A stretch of DNA of 60,162 bases, filler included, from Platydemus manokwari (taxonomy: Eukaryota): the NCBI GenBank assembly GCA_037951405.1. It is 5 parts of 5 records of this genome, joined end to end, with 100 filler letters (N's around TTAATTAATTAA, not from the genome) between each part and the next. Parts side by side here need not be neighbours in the genome. Positions count along the whole stretch, not along the records: positions 10,156 to 23,489 come from JBBMOY011756952.1; positions 23,590 to 35,099 come from JBBMOY010637767.1; 3 more parts are not named here. One strand, written 5' to 3'. Made by a program: the position numbers and the translations under genes. Under the pieces are notes generated by a model that saw only the letters and a list, made by a program, of their open reading frames with translations, had not been told where the DNA came from and made no database searches. Within the stretch, counting starts at the first letter, position 1. The number at the start of each line of letters is the position of its first letter. Shown in pieces: positions 11,975 to 23,749 of the stretch.

Positions 11975-14900
11975 TTTTCGCTCTAGATTTCATATTTGGA
12001 CTTAGCCACTATTGTACTATTGTACCGAAATTGTTACAGAATCAGGATCATTTCGAATTTTTATTTTCTCAGTTCGGAATTTTCCTATTGCAATTGAATC
12101 TATATTGATCACGACATTAGTTGTCTTTTATCAATCTCTGAGAGCGAGATTAATTGAAATAATTAATCGCAAAACTCCACAAGGTCTAAACAGAATTTAT
12201 CGAGCATAAATTGCTAATCTTTCATTTTTTTCATATTTGAGTAGGAAGCCACTTAATACCAACCACTGATTTTTATACTTCTTAAGGTCACAACACTACT
12301 ACTTTTAAAACCACGCATTGCACATTTGTTAATATTATCATAATTAATAAGGGTGTCATATTGTTTATTGATATTTATTATTTTAGTAGCACGTACCTAA
12401 TTATATTTTAGTTGTCAGATCCTTGCTAGAAACATCAATTATCGAGTTCCAACTAATTATAACTGTCGATTTGAATCATCGAGAATGACTGTTGATGTAA
12501 ATCTAATAACATCTCCTGAGTAAATTGCACCAAAAGAAATAGAAAATGAAATAAAAATGCCCCAACAAAAACTATTAATTAATAAAGTGTTTTAGATGTC
12601 AGCTAAACAAACAGAATAGGAATAGAAGTTAGAAACAGGAAAATTGACTTTAAAATTAATCATAGTCGAATATGCGCACATGAAGGGGAATGCAATGAAA
12701 TATTATATATATATGTATATATATATATAAACAATCTATTCGGCTCCTTTAAATTGCCATTTGTACCAGACGAAATAATAAAGTACGTATTGTGTTTATA
12801 ATTACAGTAGTCCGCTTAGAAACAAGTGCAATTGCATGACCTATAAGTAGTTTCGAAGTATATTTGATCGAGTCATTAGTTAACAAGCGAGTTCCATGTT
12901 GAGACTGTACCTGTTTCTGGAGTACTTTGTGATAGCCACCAGAAGTAGTCTCCGTGTTCCCATTGGAACATTGTCAAAGTTTATTTCGTTGTAAAGTAAC
13001 CAGAAATAGTTCATTATTCAGTGTGAACCCATTAGTGAAATACAGTCAGATTTAGGAAAAGTTTGGGTAGTTGAAAAATTTAATATTATAAATCTGATGA
13101 TTTATCTGTGATTTAATATATTTTTATTAATGAATAATTATATATTTTATAGATAATATTATGGCATAAATATCGCTATATTATTTATTTATTTATTTAT
13201 CTTCTTTTGATACATCATATTATTGTAATCAATGGATACAATACTTTGAAGGAAGAGGTCGAAATCAAGTTATCAATTAATTCAAATGAACTTAGATGTT
13301 TGTAAAATTTTATGATTTTTCCGATTTAATTGACTTTAATTGATTTTTCTTCATGCTTCTAAATCCACACCTTAGCTGTTCCATATTATTTATTTTTTTC
13401 TGTAATTCTTCTCTTCTTAGATCATCGACAATTCTTTCTGTTTCTTTTTAATCTTTCTTTAAATTCTCATCTATTTTCGTGTTCTTTACCGTTTTTTCCA
13501 GCTTTTATTTTGAGTCTTTTCTTTTACACTTTCTTTTTCCACTAGACCCCACTTTGAATCTGTTTTATATTTTTTCTTTCCTTTTCCATTTTCCGTACGT
13601 CATCTCTTTCATTGATTTCTTCGCCAATGTGTATAGAAATGGCTTGACTTTTCTTAAGTATAGCATTTCTTTATTTTTTTAATTGTTTTTTATTTTAGAT
13701 CTTCCCAAAATATTTATTGATTGTTATCAGGATAATCGAAGCATTAATTTGGAATTGTTGTGTCACCAAATTGAAGAGTGTTATAATCGGGAATTGTTAA
13801 CGATTATTGTTGCTGAGTTCGGTGATACATTATGGTTAGTGGTTATTTTGTTAAGAGGTAATTATTGATAGATCTGGATCCCATAAAAAATATTATAATT
13901 TACCTAAATTCATGACCTGAATTAAATACAAATAAAATCATTAATTAAGGAATACCAATAATTATTTTCTGTTTATAATTGATTATTTCAAATAGCTATA
14001 AGTTTCTTGGGAAAGAACTTACTAGACAAAAACAATAGCCAATCAAAACAAACATAATAGATCTAATTCAAAATATCTAACAATTTGACCATTCCCAAGC
14101 TTTTTACTTAAAACTGTTTTGATTCGTTTGAGATAAATTTTACAAATTTTTTTGTAATTATTAAATGATAATAATAAAATTTATTAATATATATTTTTTG
14201 ACTTTATTGTTGTTCCCCAATTTGTACATTATTTATGATATTTTCAATTTTCTGAAAATCATGTAAAATTGAAAGACTCAAGAATCGAAAATATAATAAA
14301 TGAAGTTATGCGATGAATTTAATAATATTGGCACCAAAATAAAATAATGAAATCGATAAATAAATATTAAGTAAATATCTGGAATATTAAAAATAGTTAA
14401 AAGATAATGAAGTTATTATAATAATAACACAATAAAATAAATTTTAACATACTAACCAACGGTAATTAAAGGAAAATTTTCAAAATAAATAATATAAACC
14501 AGAATAAGAAGAGTTTTAGTCAGACAAAAAGGAAAGTGAGTGGAATAAAAATGATCAAATTTATGAGAAAATAAAAATGCTTGACAAAAGAATATACTCT
14601 GCAATTAAATGTTCTATAGGGTGCTCGATTTATTATAAATATTACTGGTTCCTAGGGGCTTCAGTAACTGGTATGAGAACCGAATTACTGGTAAAGTTAT
14701 AAATTGATATCGAATATCTGTGCGCAGAGGAACTGATATTGTTTTGAGCCTGAAATGATGAATAAATTGTAAAATCCCGAATAGAATCGAGTTGATTTAT
14801 TATATCGTTAATAAATTGAGAAATTATTCCCCCAACACTATATTTACTACCTCTTAAATCAATGAAGAATGAACTAAAACTTGTGGTCCAAAGTGTTTAT

Positions 14901-15184
14901 TGAAAACAGAAAATATAAAAATTAATATTAAAAAGAACAACAAAAATCTTGCACAATAACCGGTACCTCGCCTGAAAGATTAACAGGTGAATCCGTAAGA
15001 CGGACGAAGCAGATGATTATTTAAACTGAGACATGTTATTTGCCGACAATAATATTATCAAAATGTTTCAATAGCATTAACTAATAACTATTATTTAAAT
15101 TATAATGAATTTAAGAAAAATGCGTAGTTACTTGTTAAGCGTTAGGTGATGAATCAAAATTAACAGAAAATATAGAATCCTTAC

Positions 15185-15490
15185 TGTTGGCTGATTACAG
15201 GAACTCCCATCAATACCAAAATTAGATCCACAACGTGTCAATGAAATGAGTTTCACGAAATGTGGATCCGCAATAGCTGACTAAGTCGACTGTGATAGAA
15301 TGTGTGCTCAGACTATAACCTCCTGCTTCGCTCGTGAAAAAAGTGTGCTCTGAATGCGATCAAAGATCGCATTTATAGTTGGCGTTTCCATCACTACTTA
15401 CGCATATGATTTAATTATTTATGTTAATTATTTTATTAATTTGCATTTTTTATTTTTTTAGGATGTTTAGGGTGGGGCTGATATCCAACA
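15185..15490. repeat. Probable solo LTR
   Basis: TGTTGG...CCAACA inverted termini, GC-richer interior, T-rich 3' tract; flanks ttac/ctac. Confidence 0.4.
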
Positions 15491-16042
15491 CTACTATTCA
15501 CAAGAGGACGATTTTCTTATTTCAAGAACACTTGAACTATTGTGATTAATCTTTTTATGTTTATTAATTCATCGCACTACCAAATTAATTTAATTAACAT
15601 TTCATTATTTTTTGACATTACTTAGCCAAAAATTGTTACAAGATTCCATTTTAAAAAGCCTCGATTTAGTATTCCAACATTCGTAAAGTGGATATTTAGC
15701 GTCTATCTAATTTAGTTCTTTATATTATAACTCTTCGTGATTTGTTTCTAAATAAAATCAAAGATTTTTCATAACATTTTGTAATTCTATTTTTTTATAT
15801 AACAACTTCTTGAAATGTTAAGAGAATAAGTACTTTTATTTAATTAATATAAAACTATAGAGTATTTTATTATTCGAGAAATATGAAAAAACTGCTTACA
15901 TTATTGATCACATTAATACAAAATTATGATATTTAAATCTATAATCATTTGTTTAAATAGTTTAATTATTTAAATAGCTTCTGTATAAACATTTAAGGGA
16001 TTTTTAAATTAAAAACATTTCATTTAATTTTCATTATTAAAA

Positions 16043-19000
16043 ATGGCTAATGCTGCTCAAGCTACACTTCCAATTAATAAGGTTATTATGGTTGGATCAG
16101 GAGGAGTTGGAAAAAGTGCTTTAACTCTTCAGTTTATGTATGAGGAAGTAAGGTTTTTTATAAGTACAAATAATTTGATTTACTTTCTCAATTTCAAGTT
16201 CGTTGAGGATTATGAACCAACAAAAGCAGATTCTTATAGAAAAAAGATAATGTTTGACGGTGAAGAAGTGCAAATTGATATACTCGACACTGCAGGTTGG
16301 TCAATAATTAATTTAATTAAAAATTATGTTTAGCTATTGAATGTCAGGTCAAGAAGATTATGTTGGTATTAGAGATCATTATTTTCGAACTGGTGAAGGT
16401 TTTATGTGTGTATTTTCAATCACCGATCACGGATCGTTGGAAGCTGCTTCGGAATTCCGGTAATTTAATCATTGGAATTTTGATTACAATAATTTACGAT
16501 AATATTGTTTTGTAAATATTTCTTCACATTAATAACTGATTTCTAATGGAAAAATGTTATAAATTCATTGATCTTGCTAATATGATACAATTTGATTGGT
16601 TTGCAAGTCATTTGTAACTGTTATGAAATTAATTAATGTTTTCATCTTCTCAATAAAATCATTCAAATAATATTCATGAAAATCGTTTGATATTTGAATT
16701 GAAAGTCGATTGGTTTGTGACGAATGAGAAAGTGGTGAGTTATGTGGCGGTGACGTCATCATAGCCGTTTAGAGTGTGTGCGTGCCAATATGAGAAATAT
16801 TATTATTATTATTAATATTTTATTCATACAATCTAATCTGTGAGCTATTTCAATGATGTTTGATGAGTGATTTGATGATATTTGTTTTATCAAACATACT
16901 TGATCAATGATTTCAATATTGATATTATTGAGGCCCTTTAAATCTTAACAGTTGTCAATCTTATAGATGATAATCACTGATCATGTTTTATCCGAATATC
17001 CGAATCAATTGTTTCACATTATAGATTTTCCAGTTTTAATAAACACAATATTGGCGTTCTGGTTGAGATTATAATAAATAGTTGATTTCTATTTGATGGT
17101 TTTCGAATGAGATTTCAGTGATTCTCAGCTTGCCTCTCTTATATCAGTAACTGGCAATATGTTTCAAATGGAAATGATGGACATTTCTCACTTATAGAAT
17201 ATATATATGCTCCATTACGGGTTCATTTTATCGACCCCTTTAACCCTTTCCTTAATCTGATAACATCTAAGCTATTATTTGACAGCCATTTATATACATA
17301 TAATTATAATTATAATCACTTATTTAACCCATATATTGATTATATCTTGAATAATTTGTGATTAAATGATTCATATCGATACAAATATATCCATTGATTG
17401 AATAAAACTGATCATTTCTGTCGATTCTTTCTTGATTTCTTAGCTTTTTCTCTGATCTTGATCTGAGAATATCGATCGATTAATTAATATTTGTTAATTA
17501 ATTAATTAATTAATTAATTGGTTATTATTGGAAATCTAGTATTTCATTACATCTGTATTAAATATAATTTCAATAAACTGATATTATCCATTATATTATT
17601 ATTATTATTATCATTATCTGTTATTTTAGATCACATTATTGATTTGATAGCACTTCAATAATAAAATTTATTTATCTTAAATTTATTCATTAAGTTGTAG
17701 ACAACAATAAAAAATTATTCCTGTTCATAATGTGATTATTTAATCCATATTTTACACATGTTTTTCTCTATTTCTAATATTTCACATATCAAATATTGAT
17801 TATGTCATGAAATCATGGAATAATATTGATCCATGTTGAAATCAATATATTTAATAATATTATTACTATTCATTATGATAATGTGTTATTATTATTATTA
17901 TTATTCATCTGTGGGAGATTTTCTAATGAATCAGTTAACATTGGCTTTGCAGCATTGTTTGATTGTCATTACCAAAATACAAATCGATTTCATACAGAAT
18001 ATATGTATATGTTGTAGCCAATCAAATATTAGACAATCATTTAGTCGATATATGTGTGTGTGTGGGAGTATGTGTGTATATTATACTGTTACCAATGGCA
18101 TATTGAAACAATGATTAATTAGCATATTTTATGATGCCGCCACTAGTGTTCAGTGATTATTCATGCGATCACTGTATATATTTTGTAAAATTAATTTCAA
18201 ATTTTATAATTAGTTAATCTAGATAATTGTCATGGTATAATTTCTGTGATGGCAAGGAGAACTTTGTCATAATTAGTATATTTATTGGCATGATCATGAT
18301 TTGTTCAATTTTAAGTAGTATTTATCTAAAAAAATACAACAAGGTGAAGACTAGGTTACATTGAAAATATAGATAAACTACTATAAGGATAAATAGAGTT
18401 CGTTCAAAGAGAGCTTCAAATATTTTAGTTATTATCAGTCATCAATTGATCATAGCAGTTTATCTCTGATCAATGATCGATGGACGATGTGTTTATTTGA
18501 TTTATTAATTCTTAACTGTACTGTTAAATATATAGATATTGGTTATCATTGAATATTTAATTGATTCCATTGATCCATCTACCGTGAACATGATTATAAT
18601 TGTGAAATATGCCGTATATTCTTATTTTATCATGAAATTATTTAATCTGAAGGAAAACCAGTCGATTAAAATGATTGATAATAATAATTATTATAATAAA
18701 TATATCAGAATAATTGGAATTGTTATCGGATTTGTAATACACATCATTGTGATTGTAGATAATATTACATTATAAATCATCAATGATAACAATGAGCATG
18801 ATAATTCTATTTGTGGAATGTTATCTGAATTCCATGTTAAAATATATAGCATTGTTGACATTTATTGAGTCTATTAATATTGAATATTTTCAAAGAGCAA
18901 ATATTGATGATATTCATATGGATTTAGGATTATTTAATATTGATTATTATCATCGAATTCGAATTATTTAACCCTTTCAATACGACTTTTGGCCAGTGAA

Positions 19001-19582
19001 AATATTTTTGCATAACTGAACTATATGTGCTGCAAATAAATAAAGGAACATATTTACATAATTTCAGATTTTTAGAAAATATGGTTTTTTGAATATTTTC
19101 TGGGACATATATATCCCCGCAGTATTGAAAGGGTTAATATTGATTATTACTATCGAATTCGAATTATTTGATATTGATTATTACCATCGAGTTACTATTA
19201 TTTATTATTGACCATTGCTATCAGTTTACTTGAGATTTTTTACTATCTATTAAATATCAATCAATAAATCTTTCCAACAATTTCCAGTGAACAAATATTG
19301 AGAGTCAAATCCAATGAAAGTGTGCCATTTATTCTCGTTGGAAACAAAATCGATTTGGAATCTCAACGAGTTGTCACAGCTGAAGAGGCTCGAGAATTGG
19401 CGAACAAATGGAATGTGCAATATATTGAAACATCAGCAAAAACCAAAGAAAATGTTGATCGAGTTTATTTTCAACTGTTAAGAGATATTCAGTTTCACAA
19501 GAAAGAAAAAGATCCTGCTGTTAATGGGAAAACAAAGAAAAATAAAACTGGAAAAAGGAAAATTCATTGCTGCATGCTTTAG
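16043..19582 (+). CDS. Ral: Ras-related protein Ral (202 aa); exons 16043-16147, 16199-16295, 16348-16459, 19288-19582
   Basis: All introns GT-AG (51, 52, 2828 nt); spliced length 609 nt, in frame. G1 GSGGVGKS, Ral-specific effector loop [10 protein letters not shown]3 DTAGQEDY, G4 NKID, G5 ETSAK, polybasic tail and CaaX CCML. Confidence 0.97.
18935..19220 (+). repeat. ~33-bp minisatellite (aatattgattattatcatcgaattcgaattattt) interrupted by a MITE
   Basis: One unit before and two to three progressively degenerate units after the 18972-19133 insertion. Confidence 0.75.
18972..19133. mobile_element. piggyBac-type MITE (162 bp) in Ral intron 3
   Basis: TIRs CCCTTTCAATAC / GTATTGAAAGGG with TTAA on both sides (18968-18971, 19134-19137). 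Confidence 0.9.
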
Positions 19583-19865
19583 AAAACATGAGAAATTTTT
19601 AATATGGACTGTCAGCGTTATGTTTTGTTTGTTTATATTTCTGATTGACTGTTGCTATGAGATACTTGATTTATATTTATGTTCTCACCGAATGTCCGAT
19701 TGGGTGCGGTGGCCTATTTGTGATTGGTGCGTGCACTTCTTTCTGTGTTGATGAGTGTGTGTGCGCGTGTATGTGCTGATGGTCGCCTTTAGCTCGTGTT
19801 GAAACAATATCCATTGAGGGTGTCCATCATTTCATTTGTAAACATTTTATTTTTTGCGGTATATC

Positions 19866-19879
19866 GGTGCCATGGCAAC
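19866..19879. promoter_or_regulatory. Candidate RFX X-box within a CCAAT-rich GC island
   Basis: GGTGCCATGGCAAC, one mismatch from the palindromic X-box GTTGCCATGGCAAC; GATTGG boxes at ~19698, ~19722 and ~20126. Confidence 0.35.
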
Positions 19880-21079
19880 ACAAAATATAAATAATAAATT
19901 AACATTTGGCCCGACATTGAATAACAGTATTCGACATATTGATTGTTTATAGTTTTACCGTTGTCGACTTATCACTAGCGCGATATGCGACAGGTTTAAT
20001 GGAGGATGAAAATAATGAAACGAGAAATCCAGATCATTTTGCTATTTCTTTTGAATTTTCTAAGCAGTTTTATTTCAATTGTTGTTGGCGTTAAACGAAA
20101 CGTTGACGTAATTCGGTAAATTTTCGATTGGCTCAAAATTGCCGCTTGAGAATGATTGAGAGAATCAATTTTTTCAATCGTTACGAATATATTTTCAATA
20201 TAAATAAAATCGGTCTTATTTGATTTGTCGACTGCAGCAACTATTTATACCAATGATTTCAGAAATATAATAGATTTAGAAATAGTTTCCATTCATCATA
20301 ATTTGTTAGAGATGTTTATCATAAAGTTTGTAATAGCGCTATCAATGGAAATTCACTCGATAAAATTAATTCTCATTTTTACTGTTAGAGAATGATTTGT
20401 TTTAATTTTATTTTAAACATCGACATTTTTTACACCATCAAAGAAAATATAAACATCCAATTTAAACAATGGTCGGCACAAATGTTAATTAAAGCATTTA
20501 TTGTTTAGAAAATCATTATTGATTAGAGTAGAAATAATTAATTTAAATTATTTGAAAAATATTTTAATTGATTTGGTTGTTACCCTGTTGTTTGTCGAAA
20601 ATTAATTTTAAATTCAAATATTTAATATTTTCAACATGCGTTAAAACAAATAAATTATCATATACTGGATATAATAAACAATAAATGTGATTATTGATTA
20701 AAAGTTGAAATTAAATGTTTATAAAAACACAAATTGTAAATAATTTAAATGAAAAATCGCAACGAACCTCACAACATTGAAGTTGTCATGATAATCTACA
20801 AAAACAAACAAGGTCGTGGGATTGGAACTAGTTTTATAGAATTAATCCTAACCAAACAAATCAAGTTTAATTAGGTTTCTCTGCTAAAGAAATTAAAAGA
20901 AAATATATGCTTCCTTTTCCAATGAGAAATTTTTATTTGACATTAATGCTTCCATGATCATGACAATCCGGATGATAATTTATCAGTGACACCAATGGTT
21001 CTCGAAACAATATTGATTTTGGGGGTCTATCGTTTTATTTTATTTTAATTTCAAAGTTTGAGATTAACTAGTATTGTCA

Positions 21080-22250
21080 ATATCTGAGTCTAATAAGCTC
21101 TATGAGTCCGTATGACCCATAGGTAATCACTAAACCCAATATTTTTGATATTCCTTCGTCTCGATCACACCAATCCGCGTATGAAGACGGGATGGGTAAC
21201 TCTAGATATTGCTATAATGATTTATATTATTGTTAACCGTTAACTACTTTAACTATATTTTGCCAAAAAGGTGATGAGATAATTTTTGATAATCATAATA
21301 TTTGCAGAAAATGATTTGTGGAAACTAAATGGCACTTGCCGATTTAGTATCAAAAACCAATTTCCTTGATAAACAAGTTTATTAATATGAATTACTACAG
21401 TTATATGACGATAACAATAAGCTTATAAATTACTACTTGTATGTAATTAATAAAAATTGGATTTTACAAATACTTCTATACACATAAGCGGAGAGATTTG
21501 TACAATTCCGACAAAAGTCCCGATTAACAATGCTCCCGAGAGGAGTAGAACTGTTTACTCAAGATTTTTGGGTTCAACCCTACAGATAGGAAGAATATGC
21601 GGTTGTGTATAAAGGATGAAAGATTTTATATTTAAAGTATCTTACTTTATCTTCCTATGAAATTAATGTTCTTCCAGTACGAGTACTGGGCATATAAAAA
21701 GTCTGGATCCCTTATGGACAATCGAATCTTCTTCCACTGATTTATTACCGGGCTTTTCAATAAAATAACTATGCGTCGATTTTGTCAATGTGTTGCTGTC
21801 CTACTGTTGTTATTGTGCTATCGTGTCGTTTATTAATTGCAGTCACTGCATTATATAGACAGCGATGACTTATTCGCTGATATTTTCTGCGAATATTTAT
21901 TTATTATCGTGCATATGTGTTTAATGCACCGAAATTTTTCAAGGCAGTGAGAAATTCTCTGCCATTAATTCTACCAAGTCAGAGAGAAATTCTCTGTGAT
22001 TATTTTATTCCATGGCTATTAAATTTAATGCATGATATTTATTTAATGCCTAGCTATTTAATTTATTTTAGGTGTATATTTTAGATATTTGCTGCGCTAT
22101 AACACATTATATTATAACACATTTATTATAATTATTTTATAGGTATTTTTAATTATAACAGATATTTTTAAAGGGTTTTTTAAATTGTAATATTTTGTGA
22201 GATGTTTTAAACGGGTAATGCAATATTATTTTGGGTCCAAAATTTATATC
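21080..22250 (+). repeat. Dispersed repeat family B, copy 2
   Basis: ctctatgag, tgatattccttc, aggagtagaac, ttatatagNcag and gagaaattctct blocks are shared with 43600-44620. Confidence 0.6.
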
Positions 22251-22599
22251 AACCACAGAACTTGTCCATAGTTATAATCCAAAAAGTTTTGATACAAATA
22301 AATATTATTTTCATGCAGTATACTTTTATACATTGATACAGGGATTGTTTTAGTACACTCAATCATGCAAATAACGGAGTCAATCTTTCAAAACCCCAAC
22401 ATTTCTATTAAATTATTATTCGAAAAAATCGAGAATAAATAGTGTTTACAACAACCAGAAAATACAGTGAAAATTAAAGATTTTAAAGAACAGGGATGGG
22501 GAAATTTTAAAATATTTGTAATGGATCCTTAGTAAAAAATAAAATTTTAATTCAATGAGCTCAAAAATTTGTTCCAGTATTATTGTAAAATATATCGTT

Positions 22600-23250
22600 G
22601 ACGGCGAACCTCTCTAAATTCTATTAATTTCAAAAACAACAGAATTATTGGCTTTGAAATAATAGAATCTACTTTAAAAAGATTGAAGAGCTTTTCGAAG
22701 CATCCATGTTGGTTCTAAGTAAAGCTTTTCATTTGAAAATTGTAATGATTTCTGTAATGATGTTGGTTTAGCTATGAAATCTCTTAATCATGAATATCAA
22801 ACTGAAGAGTAGCGCTTATTTATGAATTCTTCTATGATCCAGTATGAACTTCTCTTTTACACATAAATACTGTTTTTATTCTTTATGCTCCCGATATAAA
22901 CTATAAATAAAAGCAAGACAGTATCAAACTTTACTATAAGAATAAGTACAATGCTTAGTCTAGGGTTTGGGTTTAAAACAAATTTTATTTCCTTTTGATT
23001 GTATGAGAGAGGACTTAAGGAAAAGCCCAAATTTATGAAATAATGCTCCAAATGAAAGACTCAGAAAGAACCAATTAACCCCAGTTTCATTTAATGAAAT
23101 GATGAATGATTTATGAAAGGAACGAAACTCATCATTAAATAATAATTTGAACTCCATAACGAAAAGCCAATGACGAAAATGTGACAGAAATTCTTATATT
23201 TTTCAGATGTTAAGATAAGATTTCCTAAATATTACATATGCATGCACATG
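22600..23250 (+). pseudogene. Degenerate DNA transposase relic, probably Chapaev-like (CMC group)
   Basis: Disrupted ISKTTELLALK, NDVGLAMKSLNHEYQTEE*RLFMNSS and MLSLGFGFKTNF follow, in order, the recalled motifs LSK..AELL, C.DV.GL...L...Y...EWRLFIDSS and LLG.QGG..KYPCFLC; family name from memory. Confidence 0.5.
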
Positions 23251-23489
23251 AATTGTAAAATTTTCAATGACATGTTCTTGTACGACGCAGATGATTGAGA
23301 AAGATCGACAGTAAAATCGCCATTCAATACAATAAAAATTTATTAAAATTTGAAAAACCACGTTATTCAGAATATTTAATTAAAACAAATTAATATCTTT
23401 AATATCCTTTTTATAAATCTTTACAAGTTCCATACATTTCGAAATCATCAGATACTGCTCTACTACTGCTATTTTTATCATTATTATTA

Positions 23490-23589
23490 NNNNNNNNNNN
23501 NNNNNNNNNNNNNNNNNNNNNNNNNNNNNNNNNTTAATTAATTAANNNNNNNNNNNNNNNNNNNNNNNNNNNNNNNNNNNNNNNNNNNN
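23490..23589. other. Artificial contig linker
   Basis: N44-TTAATTAATTAA-N44. Confidence 0.95.
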
Positions 23590-23666
23590 TTTTATATAAA
23601 TATGATTTTATATAAAATTAGAATTAAATTTGAATTAAAAATTTAATTCATTTAAAATATCTCACA
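23590..23666 (-). repeat. Partial TRIM-family LTR
   Basis: Matches 2620-2687 (tgattttatataaaatt...aaatttgaat...tcacag). Confidence 0.6.
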
Positions 23667-23749
23667 GATATGGTGATAACTATAACTATCAATCTCTTTA
23701 CAACAGCTATTTATTAATACGTTAATCAGTCTCACTTTAAAATATTCAA

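Noticed and set aside
12760-13050. GC-richer stretch with open frames on the minus strand
   Set aside because: No recognisable domain or consistent splice sites; cannot be assigned
645-13868. Short F/I/L/Y-rich ORFs in the supplied track (e.g. 2326, 3689, 5203, 13479)
   Set aside because: Composition expected from very AT-rich non-coding DNA; many start at TTG/GTG; no domains or splice support
16800-18900. C/D snoRNA or miRNA cluster in Ral intron 3 (many ATGAT/CTGA motifs, small hairpins)
   Set aside because: No box C/D pair with terminal stem and recognisable rRNA guide, and no conserved miRNA seed in a full precursor hairpin; needs Infernal/Rfam or small-RNA data
18935-19220. ~33-bp repeats as a CRISPR array
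   Set aside because: Head-to-tail units without unique spacers, in a eukaryotic intron, and no cas genes
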